From Naegleria gruberi (taxonomy: Eukaryota): a stretch of DNA of 64,000 nt. The DNA lies in NCBI GenBank assembly GCA_000004985.1, contig GG738880.1. The stretch is one strand, 5' to 3'. Of this stretch, positions 21,801 through 33,179 are shown piece after piece (the stretch's first letter is position 1; every line of letters starts with the position of its first letter). The position numbers and the translations under genes are program-made. The notes under the pieces were generated by a model. That model had not been told where the DNA came from. It ran no database searches and worked only from the letters and a program-made list of their open reading frames with translations.

Positions 21801-23630
21801 CAAAGTGATTTAATCTCATTGAATAAGTTTCTGGTGTTAGATCTGTTTCATTAGAATAAGTAATACAATCAGATTTTCCAAATAAGGTAATAAGTGATTT
21901 GTTTTGCATAATCTTGTACATATTACACAAAACTGAATCATAAAATACAATATTACCATCAATGGGATCTACTGACAAACGGTTAACAGATTTTCCAAAC
22001 AATGTATCGTTACCAACAAACACATCAAGAATTCCATTACTGTCAACTGTAAAAATTGACCCAACACTGCCAATAAATATCTTTGAATCATTCATCATAA
22101 CTGATCCTATTTTGATTGATGAATTAGAAGCCAAGCCCCCATATTGAACTTCATTATGAGCGTGGTATCCTCCAATTATTGTTGTCATTACTCCACTCAC
22201 ATCAATTTTCATCACTGCTGTAGTGTTGGCAAAGTACAGATTATCAGAGTTTTCAAACAATGAAATTGAAGTACCAACAGGTGAATTAATGGCAAGAGTT
22301 TCACCTACAACATAGGAAATGCCAAACGAATCTGTTCTTCCATTACCAGCAATAATAGTAGAAATACCATTCGTATATTTGTGAATGAATGGAACAGCAG
22401 CTTGGTAGGCATATCTCAACTCTCCACTCTGCTTATCCACAATAAATTGTGAAACAGTATTCAAATTGGTATTGTTTGCCAGAGTTGGCTCATTATTTCT
22501 CACAAAATATTTGGTTGAGCATTCTCCTGCAATAACAGCATTTGAAGTTCTATTGTAAATAAATCTTGTTCTTTCTGAAACAATTACATTACCAAATGAA
22601 TCAATCAAATAGGCATATGGTGAATTAATTCCTGTATTATTCAATACAGCTTGTTGAGCAGTATTAATTTCATAAGCTAAAATTGGTTGACCATTAGCAC
22701 TCGACATGTAGAGAGTTTCTCCAAATTTAACTAGTTTAGTTGGATAGAGTGTTGGATCATACACTACAGTTTGCATTTGTCTTGTATTCAAATCGATAGC
22801 TGTAAGTTTTCCAACAATTGCTTCGACCACAAATAATGTATATCCATCTAAAACCAATCCTTGAGGATTTCCAAGTGAAACTTTAGCAGCCCCAACCGTA
22901 TTAATATTACCATCACCTGCTACAGTGGTTATGTTACGATAAATCATATCATACATTCTCACTTTGTTATTGCTTGTATCTGAAATATACATGTATCGTC
23001 CAGTTTCGGATATAGCAAGGCCCATTACACCATTAAATTGAATTGTTTCCATTGGATTATTATCACCACCGTAACCAGAACTACCACAAACTCCAACAAA
23101 ATCCTCAATAATATTCGTCATCAAATTTACCCTTCTAACGCAACTGTTACCAGCATCTAATATGTTTCGAATAAAAACAAAATAAACATTCATGACATAC
23201 CTGCAATATAAACATATCCTCCAAACTCAACAATATCCAAAGGGTTTGCAAGTATGGCCAAAGTAGCCAAAACACCATTTCCATAATATCCATAGGCATA
23301 ACTTCCAGCAAATTGTGAAATTTTTCCATCACTTGAAATTCGTCTAATAACATCATGTCCAGAATCGACAATATAAATCGTATTATTTGAGCCCATTTTC
23401 ACAACCTCTATCGTATCCAAACATGCCATTTTAGCATCCAATCCATCGCCATACTTGTTGAGTGAATTCAATGACATGCCACCAGCAAGTAAAGTGGAAG
23501 TTGTTGAATATTTGAAGGAACCTGAAGGATTGGACTTGGCAGTTGTTGTTATCGAAAGGAGGAGTAACAACAGTGCATGTAGTAGTACAGCCACTGACAG
23601 CAGTGAGATCAATGACGTGGGATTTGGCAT
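18853..23630 (-). CDS. adhesion-GPCR-like receptor: signal peptide, NHL-type beta-propeller, GPS/GAIN motif, 7TM and C-terminal RGS domain
   Basis: Two exons, 23202..23630 and 18853..23157 (44-nt intron, GTATGT..TAG, phase 1). N-terminal signal peptide (LISLLSVAVLLHALLLLLLS). Repeated NHL-like blades (NTIYIVDSGHDVIRRI, YVYIADAGNSCVRRV, RYMYISDTSNNKVRMYD...). S/T-rich stalk. GPS motif CKYFDETERLWKTDGCKTLVDQSNGIIDCQCNHTTTFSAFL at about 20284..20410. Seven hydrophobic helices at about 19345..20275. RGS fold (ENVIFWKKL...INFSHHIKK...MYCALMVNLDDTFSRFFITSSY) at about 18905..19270. Confidence 0.8.
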
Positions 23631-23962
23631 GTATCAAAATGTCAAGTAGTTGTTTTTGATTTTTTTTGGAGTGGATTGAAAGTTTGTTGGGTTGACTGCA
23701 AATTGGTAGGTTCTGGTCTGTTCGTTGGTAGTTTCTGCTGATCACTAGATTTTGATTAAACTGTTTATTTTGATTACCATAGTCTAAAAGTGTACCATTA
23801 CCTATTTACAATATTTAATGATCAATAGTTACATTTCGATATTCACTTTGTAAAAGATTAACAATGAACATTATTAATAATTGCTTCATTAGGTATTTCT
23901 AAAAGATATTTCCCCATTAGTCAATTACAAAGTATTTTATTTACAATTTGATAATTCAATAA

Positions 23963-24313
23963 TTACATTTCAATATGCACCTTGTAAAGTGATGGGAAGT
24001 TTTGATGTGGAATTTGAGCCATCTTTTTAACACAATCACTGATATTTCTCATTTCAGTCATAGCCTTTTGGAATTTCTCTGGAGATTCCCAATGAGCATA
24101 ATTAATATATTGATATTGAGATTTTTCCATATCAAGTGCCTTATGAAGAGAGGTGTGAATGTAACCATCTTGTTTCTTCAAGAATTGAGCACATTCAACC
24201 CAAGCCAATTCAAATTCCTTTTCATCTTTGCTGTCAATATGGAATGGATTCATTAAGATGACATGTTTAGTTTTCATGGATTTCAATGGACAGTTTGGAT
24301 TGTTGAAGAACAT
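23963..24313 (-). CDS. ABM-domain (antibiotic biosynthesis monooxygenase / Dabb-like) protein
   Basis: 116-aa ORF with ATG; HVILMNPF...EFELAWVECAQFLKKQDGYIHTSLH...YQYINYAHWESPEKFQKA fits the ferredoxin-like ABM fold pattern. Confidence 0.5.
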   Translation of the reverse strand: MFFNNPNCPLKSMKTKHVILMNPFHIDSKDEKEFELAWVECAQFLKKQDGYIHTSLHKALDMEKSQYQYINYAHWESPEKFQKAMTEMRNISDCVKKMAQIPHQNFPSLYKVHIEM

Positions 24314-24532
24314 GTTGAGTTGATTAGGGCAGTATTATATCTTAATTAGATTTGCTTGTTTTTTTCAAATTGTTGTTTGATTCAATTGTCCAAAAGTGTT
24401 TCTTTAAATAGTCCGCAAAAATTACTCCACCAAATTTCTCTCCAAGCAAACAGAGGACAGTTTCAAAAAGACTGAGGACATTTTTCATATCTCTCTTATG
24501 TGAGTGGATATTTTTGAAATGATAGGAAGGGA

Positions 24533-26062
24533 TTATTCTTCTCTAATATCCTCTAATTTCTCTAATAACTTGTCAACTGTGAGCTTTTTGTAATTTTCGA
24601 ATATGTCTTTGAAAAATAGAATCAACTCTTTGGAGAGAATTCTCTGGGTTTCTAAGAGTGCTATCTTTTCAGAGAGGCTTTTCTTGGCAGGAATCTCTCC
24701 TGTGGAAACATAGAACATAGTGGCTGCGTATGAATACAAATCCTCTACTTTTGAATGATTTCCTGTTCCAGAGCTATAATCATGCTTTCCTCTAAACGAA
24801 ACAGATTCAACAGTATTTTCAATAACTCTGCCAAAATCTCCCAAAGCTATTGAAATTTCTTCATTTTGTAATTTTTTGATAAACACATTGCATGGTGAAA
24901 TGTCACAATGAATTTTTTCCTTATCATGTAGGTCCTTCATTCCTTTGAGTAATTGCTTTGAAATCTCCAATATCATCTTGTTGGAAAACTTTTTTCGTTC
25001 TAATAATGTTCCGTGTTCAAAATATTCCATGAAATAATACACCTTATTATCCTTAACAAAAATCTTATTGAAATGAATCAAGTAATTGCTGTTGATATTT
25101 GCAATTTTGACTTCCTCTAATGCCTCCCTCACTGTAGCAGTGTGTAATACTCGCACTACTACATTCTCTTTTCCAGTATTCACTTTATAAATTAGAGCAT
25201 CTCCACCTTTTCCCAATTGCACTATATCGCTCTCTCCACATACTAGCAAATCCATAATCACTTTTCTTGGTTCTGTATACATTTTCAGATGAACTACTCG
25301 ATCCTTCTTATTAAGAGGAGCCAATTTTCTAATCATTACTTGAATGTCATTATCATCATTGACAATTATTGAACTATTGTTGAATTCATATTTACATATA
25401 AAATCTATTGTTGACTCTAAAGCTAATTTACTTCTGCATGCTTGTGTGAATGTAGCAAAAGATTCAAGATTTTCCTTTGTAAAACTTGTGTCTACCTTTC
25501 CATCATAATTTGTTTTCAAATTCAAAATTAGTGGGAATTTTTGTTTCGTATCAAGTTTTCTGAACTCACGAGGAACAAAACTAAATTCTGAAATCATCAC
25601 TTTCACATCGTCATCATCACTGACAACTTCCAAACTTGAATTATCTTTTCCCTTCAAAAGAAAACAATCCTCCTCAATTCCAATTAATTCAATCAGTTTC
25701 AAATAACTAATTTCCGTTGATATCCTAATCCACCTGTCCCTAAACAAAATTTCCATACCATTTGGTGATCCGACACTCGCAGTAGAACTATTCGATAGAG
25801 AGGTTGAATATTCTTCATCATTCAAAACTCTAGATATTGATGTTTTACTAGAATTACTACTTCGTATCGTTACACTCGTTGGAGAGCAAGAGAGTGGTGA
25901 TAGACCACCCCCTTCCGATTTTAAATCTAAAATATTCTCATCATCAGCACCTGGGTTGGAAATAATCGTCACCTCTGATGTTGGTAATTTTGAGGTTGTT
26001 TTGAAGAATTTGTTGAGCCACATTTTTTTAAAGTTTCTTTTCGTATTTGAAAGATAAGTCAT
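24533..26062 (-). CDS. protein kinase-like protein (probable pseudokinase) with N-terminal tandem beta-grasp-like repeats
   Basis: 509-aa ORF with ATG. The C-terminal half has the kinase fold (LGKGGDALIYKV, HCDISPCNVFI, LGDFG), but VAIK is replaced by VVRVL and HRD by HCD. Two repeated N-terminal units (DDDVKVMISEFSF / DDNDIQVMIRKLAP). Confidence 0.6.
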   Translation of the reverse strand: MTYLSNTKRNFKKMWLNKFFKTTSKLPTSEVTIISNPGADDENILDLKSEGGGLSPLSCSPTSVTIRSSNSSKTSISRVLNDEEYSTSLSNSSTASVGSPNGMEILFRDRWIRISTEISYLKLIELIGIEEDCFLLKGKDNSSLEVVSDDDDVKVMISEFSFVPREFRKLDTKQKFPLILNLKTNYDGKVDTSFTKENLESFATFTQACRSKLALESTIDFICKYEFNNSSIIVNDDNDIQVMIRKLAPLNKKDRVVHLKMYTEPRKVIMDLLVCGESDIVQLGKGGDALIYKVNTGKENVVVRVLHTATVREALEEVKIANINSNYLIHFNKIFVKDNKVYYFMEYFEHGTLLERKKFSNKMILEISKQLLKGMKDLHDKEKIHCDISPCNVFIKKLQNEEISIALGDFGRVIENTVESVSFRGKHDYSSGTGNHSKVEDLYSYAATMFYVSTGEIPAKKSLSEKIALLETQRILSKELILFFKDIFENYKKLTVDKLLEKLEDIREE

Positions 26063-26158
26063 TATTGGAAATGAACCGAGGTGTTGAATATGATAACATT
26101 GTTAATATCCATGAAATTTGTAATATATTTAAATAATATTAACAAATATTGAAAAAAA

Positions 26159-27589
26159 ATGAAACATTTTAAATCTTGTTTTTCATCATCATTCAAGACA
26201 CTCTCACAACATCAAAGTAATAATAATAATAATGTAGTGGTACTATTAAATAATAGCCAAGGCTTCATCAAGAGAAATATCTATCAGAGACCACAGCCTA
26301 AATTGTATGTTTTTTTAAAAATCATCATCGGAATGAATAATCGGAATGAATAATATTTAATAATATATTTGAAATATAAATTGATGATAATATAGAACAC
26401 TTTTTGATAGAAATCAAGTTAGAAAACATAAAGAATACTCACTTAAATGTACAGATGGAAAGGAAGGAGAATATGATTATGTAAAGGCTATTATTGCCAA
26501 TAGTATTGTGGATAGATTGAGTGTAGGTTTGTTAAATATTATTATTGTGGATTTATCATGTGGTGGATTTAAAGTATTTCTCGAAATCATTAAAGAGTGT
26601 TTGTGAAATTGGATGTGGAAAGGGATTTTTAATTGATAGACTATTGAATAAGACAATTATTGATTTTTTACCACCTGACGAACGTAAAACTGCTTTAGAA
26701 CAAGCAAAGAAAAACAAATCATCAATTGGAGAAACCGAACTTAATTATCCAGTATTGCATTTCCAAGGAATTGAAAATTATACACTTTGTGACCAAAGTC
26801 AATTGCATTTGGATGCTATTCAAATACCGAGTGATTTAGGATTAATTAAAGGAAATACTATCAAGAATATTACTAAAGTGCATTTGGATGAGGATGGTGC
26901 ATCACTGCCGTTTGAGGATAATTCATTGGATTGTGTAGTTGCTGGATTCTATTTGCATTGGGTAAATGATTTACCAGGATTTTTAAAGGAAGTGGAAAGA
27001 GTATTGAAACCTGACGGTGCATTTGTTGGAGCATTACTTGGAGGAAATACTTTATCAGAGTTGAGAACAAGTTTCGTCCTTTCTGAACAGGAAAGAGAAG
27101 GAGGTGTTTCTCCACACGTCTCCCCACTCAGTTCCATTGAGGATGCAGGAAATGTCTTGACAAGAGCAGGTTTTAAATTACCAACAATCGATGCCGAAAC
27201 AATCAAAGTATACTATCCTGATCCATTCACTTTAATGCACCACTTACAAGGAATGGGAGAAAATAATGCCTTATTCAAGAGAAGAACTGTTATTTCCAGA
27301 CAAACATTAATAGGAGCTGCAGCCATTTATGATCACATGTTTAGAGAAAATGATAGAGGAGTGCCAGCAACCTTTGAGGTTATTCACATGATTGGATGGA
27401 AGCATGACGAAAGTCAACCAAAGTAAGTTATTTCCTAAATATTTTGAATTCTAATTATTGTAAAAAAGACCCGCTAAAAGAGGTTCAGGAACTCTATCAA
27501 TGAAAGATTTTGCTAAAGAAATAGGTACACAATTACATGTCGCTGTTGATGATGAATCAAATCCAGGTAGTTCTTGTAGCACAAAATAA
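26159..27589 (+). CDS. NDUFAF5: NDUFAF5 (complex I assembly factor 5; methyltransferase-fold arginine hydroxylase), mitochondrial
   Basis: Four exons: 26159..26304, 26396..26522, 26575..27422 and 27469..27589 (introns GTATGT..TAG 91 nt, GTAGGT..AAG 52 nt, GTAAGT..AAG 46 nt). TLFDRNQVRKHKE...DYVKAIIANSIVDRLS, CEIGCGKGFLIDRLLNK, LHWVNDLPGFLKEVERVLKPDGAFVGALLGGNTLSELRTSFVLSEQEREGGVSPHVSP...HMIGWKHDESQ and the tail KPAKRGSGTLSMKDFAKEIG track human NDUFAF5 along its whole length. Confidence 0.85.
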
Positions 27590-27622
27590 AATTCCTTCCT
27601 CTCTTCAAAATATATAAAAGAC

Positions 27623-28019
27623 CTATTCTAAATTTTTAATCTTCCAATCTGATTCCTTCTCTCCTTTCTCAATTGTAACTTCCAAACTCTTATCATTTAC
27701 CAAAATCTTTGCGATTTTAGTAATGTGTGAAATAAAATCAACCTACCAACATGCAAGCTCTCAAATCTTCCCATTCATTTCTACAACCATTTTCAACACC
27801 CTTTCCTTTCAAAAAAGTATTTGAGTACCAATCATCAAAACAATATTTATAAGCAGCCTCCAACTTTGGACATTCCTTCTCCAAATTTACATTAAAAGTG
27901 TGTTGAGTAATTGTTCCTCTTTCACTATCCTTACGTGTTTCCTCTCTAACATTATAGAATGATGATTCCGATGATGAATTCTCTCCTCCTCCAATAGTAG
28001 CACTTTCTTGTGATGACAT
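27623..28019 (-). CDS. TRIAP1/Mdm35-like twin Cx9C protein (mitochondrial intermembrane space)
   Basis: CPKLEAAYKYCFDDWYSNTFLKGKGVENGCRNEWEDLRACM has two Cx9C pairs and the FLKG motif of TRIAP1/Mdm35. A possible short 3' exon 27623..27706 follows a 40-nt intron (GTAGGT..AAG); that exon is speculative, and the alternative end is MLVG* at 27738. Confidence 0.6.
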
Positions 28020-28214
28020 TTTTTAAAAAAATTAAATTTTATCTTTTCTTTAAAATTGCAATTTGGGAAGATTTAATCTGCAATTTTAAGTTCTATTCCA
28101 ATAGACCTAACTGCCATCATGAATTATTTACATTCACTATTCTAAAATTCAAAGGCTTTTTATCAAAGTTTAAAATTTATTTTTAAATTCAATCAAAAAA
28201 AAATTGAATAAAAA

Positions 28215-29687
28215 ATGCAAAAACTTTCCAACAACAAGAAATTTATTCATCAACTCATTCATCACACTCTCAAGAGTGGTAGTACTACTGTTACATACGG
28301 AGGAGGGAGGCAATCAGCATTATCAATTTTGAATAATTTTAATGGACAACAACAATTTTTCAGAGAATTACAACAATTGAGAAGGTTTTCATCATGCCAA
28401 TTATTAAAATCAACAACAACACCTCCTACTCCTACTCCAACATCAAATCAGAATAATGCTAATAATTCCGTAGCCTCTACTTCCACCAATGAAGCAAAAA
28501 GCACAGAAAACACCACACCACAAGCTAATACTACTACTGCTGCTGAACAAACTCCTCAAGAAACACCAAAACGTTCTAAATATTATGATGTAGACCTTGG
28601 AAGAGAATTAACACAAGAGGAAATTCTTCAAAAACAAAGGAAGAGAAAGTATTTATATGCCTTCCTTGTTTTTGCAGCAATTGGTGGTATTATTACTCTT
28701 GGATTGTACAAGGCAATGATTGAAATTCAAAATTTGACTGTCTTCTCGGATATGGTTGAAACTTTATTTATTAATAATGATAGAGAATTAGTTCTTAATG
28801 CAGAGAGTGCAGTTTTGGAAAGTTTTAAATATTTGGACGAATTCAAATTCTCTGACGAAATGTTACAAAATTTCCACGCAATTTTTGGAGATTTTGAGTC
28901 CATGAAGTCTATTAAACTTTTAGGACCTAATTTTGTTGAACAAACAGTTCACAGACTTTACCTCGTTTCAAAAGAGTATGTGTTAATAGTATTTGAATGA
29001 TTTACATTATTTTATAGAAATATTCCAGGAGGAAAATACGGAGCTTTTGATATGGAATCGAGATTATACTATTTCTTCCCTATTGTTAATAAGGATACAG
29101 GTGCTACTTCTGCATTAAAAGTTACATTTTATGTTAATGATAAACATACAGCTGACCTGAGAGCTAGAAGAGAAAAGACAAAGAAAGATATGGAAGAAAG
29201 ACAAAAGAAAGAAAAGGAAGCTAGATATCAAAAAGAAAAAAGAGATAAAATCAATGATGAAAGAATTAAAAAAGGAGAAGCTCCACTTGAAGAACCAGAA
29301 CCAGAACCAATAGTAGAAGAGCCAAAGGAAGAAAAACCTATTTTTGTTCCACCAGTAATTTTGGAAAGTATTCACTTGTGTGATCCAGCTCAACTTGCTG
29401 AAGCATTCGAAGAAAATTTCTTTGCTCAACATGACAAGCATCATTTATATGGACTTAAGGAATTATCATATTCTTGGCCTTTTGGTCAAACATATAATGG
29501 AGGAAAATCAGAAATTCAAATCTTTAAAAATCCTGAACTTGCTGACAAAATTCCAGTTATAATAACACAGCTTGGTGCCATTAATATGCCTTCACCAATC
29601 CAAAAAGTAGGACATTTTTATTTAGAAAATCTTGACAATGAACGAGTGAAATTGGATTTGAGATCATCTTTACCAACCTCAAATTAA
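28215..29687 (+). CDS. Tim21-like mitochondrial inner-membrane protein with a charged C-terminal extension
   Basis: Two track ORFs, 28215..29000 and 29052..29687, share a frame and are separated by one TGA. A 42-nt GTATGT..TAG intron (28976..29017) removes it. Presequence-like N-terminus, single TM (YLYAFLVFAAIGGIITLGLY), then FSDMVETL...KLLGPNFVEQ...LKVTFYVND, which resembles the Tim21 IMS domain (LLGPN motif). Identity is tentative. Confidence 0.45.
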
Positions 29688-29707
29688 ATACATTTCTATT
29701 TATTCAA

Positions 29708-32555
29708 TTACTGTACATTTTGTAAAAATGAATTTTTTAACAGCTCATCATTACTCTTGGAAATTGTAGTCAAGACATCTGTAAAATACTTCTTGTAAAA
29801 ATCAAATACTTCTGGTTTTGCTTCTTTTAACTGATCCATTAAAGAAAGTAATTTTTCGAAATGTTTCTTTGACTGATTCAGCGTTATGAACAGCTTACTT
29901 TCCACATTTCTTAAATCATCAACTCTAGAACAAACACTCTCCCAATAATTGTCATCTTTTCCAATTAACAAACAGAATAAATGTAGAATACTTACTTTCG
30001 GATCTTGTTGCCTCCTGAAGACTATTCTTGAAAAACTCAACTACATCTGGTTGATTCAAATTTTTAGTGGCATTTGTCTGAATACCTAAATTAGACAAGC
30101 TCTTATCTTGATCCTCCGTGGCAACTGGGGTTGATACTTCTTTCTGTACAATTTGAACACTTGGAACACTTTTGATAACATCTCGTGTCTGTTCACAAAA
30201 ATCTCGTTGTGCTTCAATAATGGTTTCCTCCAAAGCCTCAGAGCAACCCTCAATTAACCCCTTAGACTCCTCAGCTAGAACTACAAATAAATCATCATGT
30301 TCCTTCAAAGTATCTTCTAGATATTCGTTCAACATTTCTATTAGATTTTCTCTGAAGGCTGTTACTCCAAGACTTAAATTATTTTTCATCTCTTCAGTTA
30401 TTGATTCAAACTTTGCAGCTGCCTGCCTATCGGTTTCTGGCTTTCTTTCCTGTATTTGGCGTATCATATCCTCGTTTGCTTTCTCTTCTTTCAGTTTTTT
30501 GATATATTCATCCTTTTCCTTGATTAACTTGACATGGTTTTGGATTTCTGCTGTTTTTTCATCTAAATCCTCTTTTATAATCTTGACATCTCTTAAGAAT
30601 AAAGTTTTTGTGCGCTCCAGCTCTTTAGCCTGCATCTTGATCGACGTTTCCATTAGCTTTAATCGTTCCTTTATATCCAGGCTATAGTCCTCTCCCTCAT
30701 ATTTTACCGGTATTGAATGTAACCAATCATGATAGTCCTCCAACTCCTTTTGTCTTCCTCTTTGATCTTTTTCAATTTCCTCAAGAGTCTCCAATTTTTT
30801 GTAAAATCTTGTGTGTACATTAACCTCATCTGAGTTTAATATGGAAACAGGCCCCATCCCTTTGTTATTAATGAAATCTCTTAATTGCTTATTTTCCTCT
30901 CTTAATTTTGAATTTTCCTCAGTTAAATTTGCAATTCTCTATTTGGATAAGAGGGCAATTATTGATCATACTTACCGAAGAGGCTTTTGAATTTTGTTCA
31001 ACTGTTTTTCTAAGCCTGTCGATTTCTTTTTCATACCTCTTGATTAAAATAGAGTCGTCAATCATTTCATTGACTTTGGCGTTGAGAACTACTCTTTTGG
31101 CTCTGTCTGCGAACTTTAAAGTAGAAAGTGATTCATCATAAGCCAATACTGATGATGAAACAGTAGCAACGAAAACTGTCTTGGTATTTCCTCCAAGTGA
31201 GTCCTGAAGTAGTCTTGTAAGTTTTGAATCTCTAAAAGGTATGTGACTTCTATTACTTTGCATCAATGCTGAGATACAATTACCAAGGGCAGATAAACTC
31301 AAATTGATAGAGTTCATTTCTTGAATTCTTCTATCTCCCATTTTGTTTGAATATATGGTGTTCCATTTTTCCTTATTAAATTTGTGAGATTTTTAATTCT
31401 TTGATTCCAAGTACTTACACTACCAGCCAAATCGACAAGATTTAACTTTGATACCTTGACGAATGCCTCTTCCTGGTTGCTTGGGTTTACAGGCTCTTGC
31501 TCGATAAACATTTGGAAAATTGTATGTGATCTACTTGATCTCTCGTTCATGTCAGTAGAAGAAATACTTCTGTTCTTTGCTCCCTTCTCCATTAAAGCGA
31601 AAATCTCCTCCTCCTTAGATACGCATACTGTAGTCAGATCTTGAACATAAACACCTCTTTTTCTGTCCTCTCTAACATCCAAATGACTAACCTTATCATT
31701 ATAATTTAACAGATCGAAAATTTTCTCATTATAAATCTCCAAATATGAACAATAAACTCTATACTTGATACTCTTTTTTGTTTTTTTAATGTGCTGAATA
31801 ATCTGCTCCACAGATCTAGGTATAATACCTCTTCTTTCATCGTGTAAAATGGTTGACTTGGATTGAATTATCTTTAAACCAAATATAAAATTGAAAACTT
31901 ACCATTGAATTTTCTCCATTAAAATTTTCTGAACTAAAGTCTATTCCCATCATTCTGTTATAAATTGTTATTCCTCATTCCGCCTCAGTCAATTAAAAAC
32001 TTACGTGAATGTTTTTCCTGTACCAGTTTGTCCACTTTATCACATTATTATTGGTACACTTAAAGAGTTGAATACTTACTAAGCAAATATGGTACCATTA
32101 TAACCCTCAGTAACTGCAGCTATGGTATCCCTCACAGATTCATACAATTCACCTTGAGTAGTTTCCTTTGGGAATACATGATCAAAAAACATTTCCGATC
32201 TAGATTTTCCCTTTTTGATTACAACTGTGCTTTCCTACGTGATTTTAGTTTTGGTTACCCTCCAAGAGTTTTAATTCAGACTTACATCAACAACAGATAT
32301 CGATTCCTCATGGTCCTGTTCATAATCCAATTGTGGTCGCACTCTAATAGCAACCTTAATATTTTCTCTATTATCGGAAGGGCTGGATATAGACGATTTG
32401 CTCTTGACCTTTTTTAATTGATCCAACGAAGAACCTCCTTCAACAATCTACACAATGTTAATATTGAAACCGTAGAAAAAGACACTAACCTTTGAGATTG
32501 TATTTACCGAAGAAATGTCCAGTAGTGAAAGAGTGGCCGAAGGGTTCCTCTTCAT
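29708..32555 (-). CDS. kinesin-like protein (N-terminal motor, coiled-coil stalk, globular tail), 9 exons
   Basis: Exons on the minus strand: 32508..32555 ([16 protein letters not shown]), 32286..32447, 32080..32234 ([15 protein letters not shown]...[10 protein letters not shown]), 32005..32034 ([10 protein letters not shown]), 31903..31954, 31419..31871 (GIIPRS...[14 protein letters not shown]...SSRSHTIF...[10 protein letters not shown]), 30976..31371 ([17 protein letters not shown]...[20 protein letters not shown]), 29996..30938 (coiled coil) and 29708..29955. Introns are 37-60 nt, all GT..AG. Confidence 0.8.
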
Positions 32556-33179
32556 TCCTTAATTTTTTAAATGATAAATTTAAAAGTGGCGCCAAACTGC
32601 AGCAATGTGAAGAATCAATAATGATCATATTCAGTAACAGTAACAAACAGCAAGTCAAATTAGATGTCATTGGTTTGTAGGCCATGGTTGATTATTGGTA
32701 TGTTTGAATTGTGTGATAGAATGTAGTTAAAAGTGCAATAGAATGTAAAATTCGATATTGCTCGTTCCTCATCCAATTAATTTGGTGGTTGAGTTGCAAT
32801 AAAGTACTTTAATTATTATTGTGATGTTTCAACTGCTTTTTAATGTTCGGAGGTGTAATTGTTATATTTTGATGATGTAAAACACATTCCTGTGATGGTC
32901 AATCGAAAATACTTTCGTGTAGTCTATTGGTATTGACAGTGAAAAAGTTAAGCACCTTCAATAACCAACTTGCATTAATTTTTCTTACAATCAGAAAAGC
33001 GTGGACGTTAAACGCAGCCACCTGTTCAAACACCGAACAAGTGAGTAATTTTTGTGTTTTGGAGAGGATTTGAAGACTCGACCCTCATCAGCATTCAGCG
33101 CTAAGTTTTGTTGTAAAAGGCGAGTTTTTGCGCTAACTATTAAAAACTTCGTCGAAAAAAAAACAGCCAAAACATCAAA

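Noticed and set aside
26539-26600. Second SAM-binding motif (VDLSCGG) in another frame upstream of CEIGCGKG in NDUFAF5
   Set aside because: It falls inside the 52-nt intron 26523..26574 once exon 2 (…IVDRLS) is joined to exon 3 (YFSKSLKSVCEIGCGKG); only the latter matches motif I (GxGxG).
28981-29700. Apparent 1-nt offset between my hand-counted coordinates and the ORF track around 28990..29690
   Set aside because: This is most likely a counting slip on my side in that block. I used the ORF-track coordinates there, and the intron and phase logic is unaffected.
32485-32685. ORF MAYKPMTSNLTCC... upstream of the kinesin motor
   Set aside because: The kinesin start is better explained by ATG 32555 ([16 protein letters not shown]) spliced through a 60-nt GTAAAT..TAG intron; the listed ORF is in a different frame and is low complexity.
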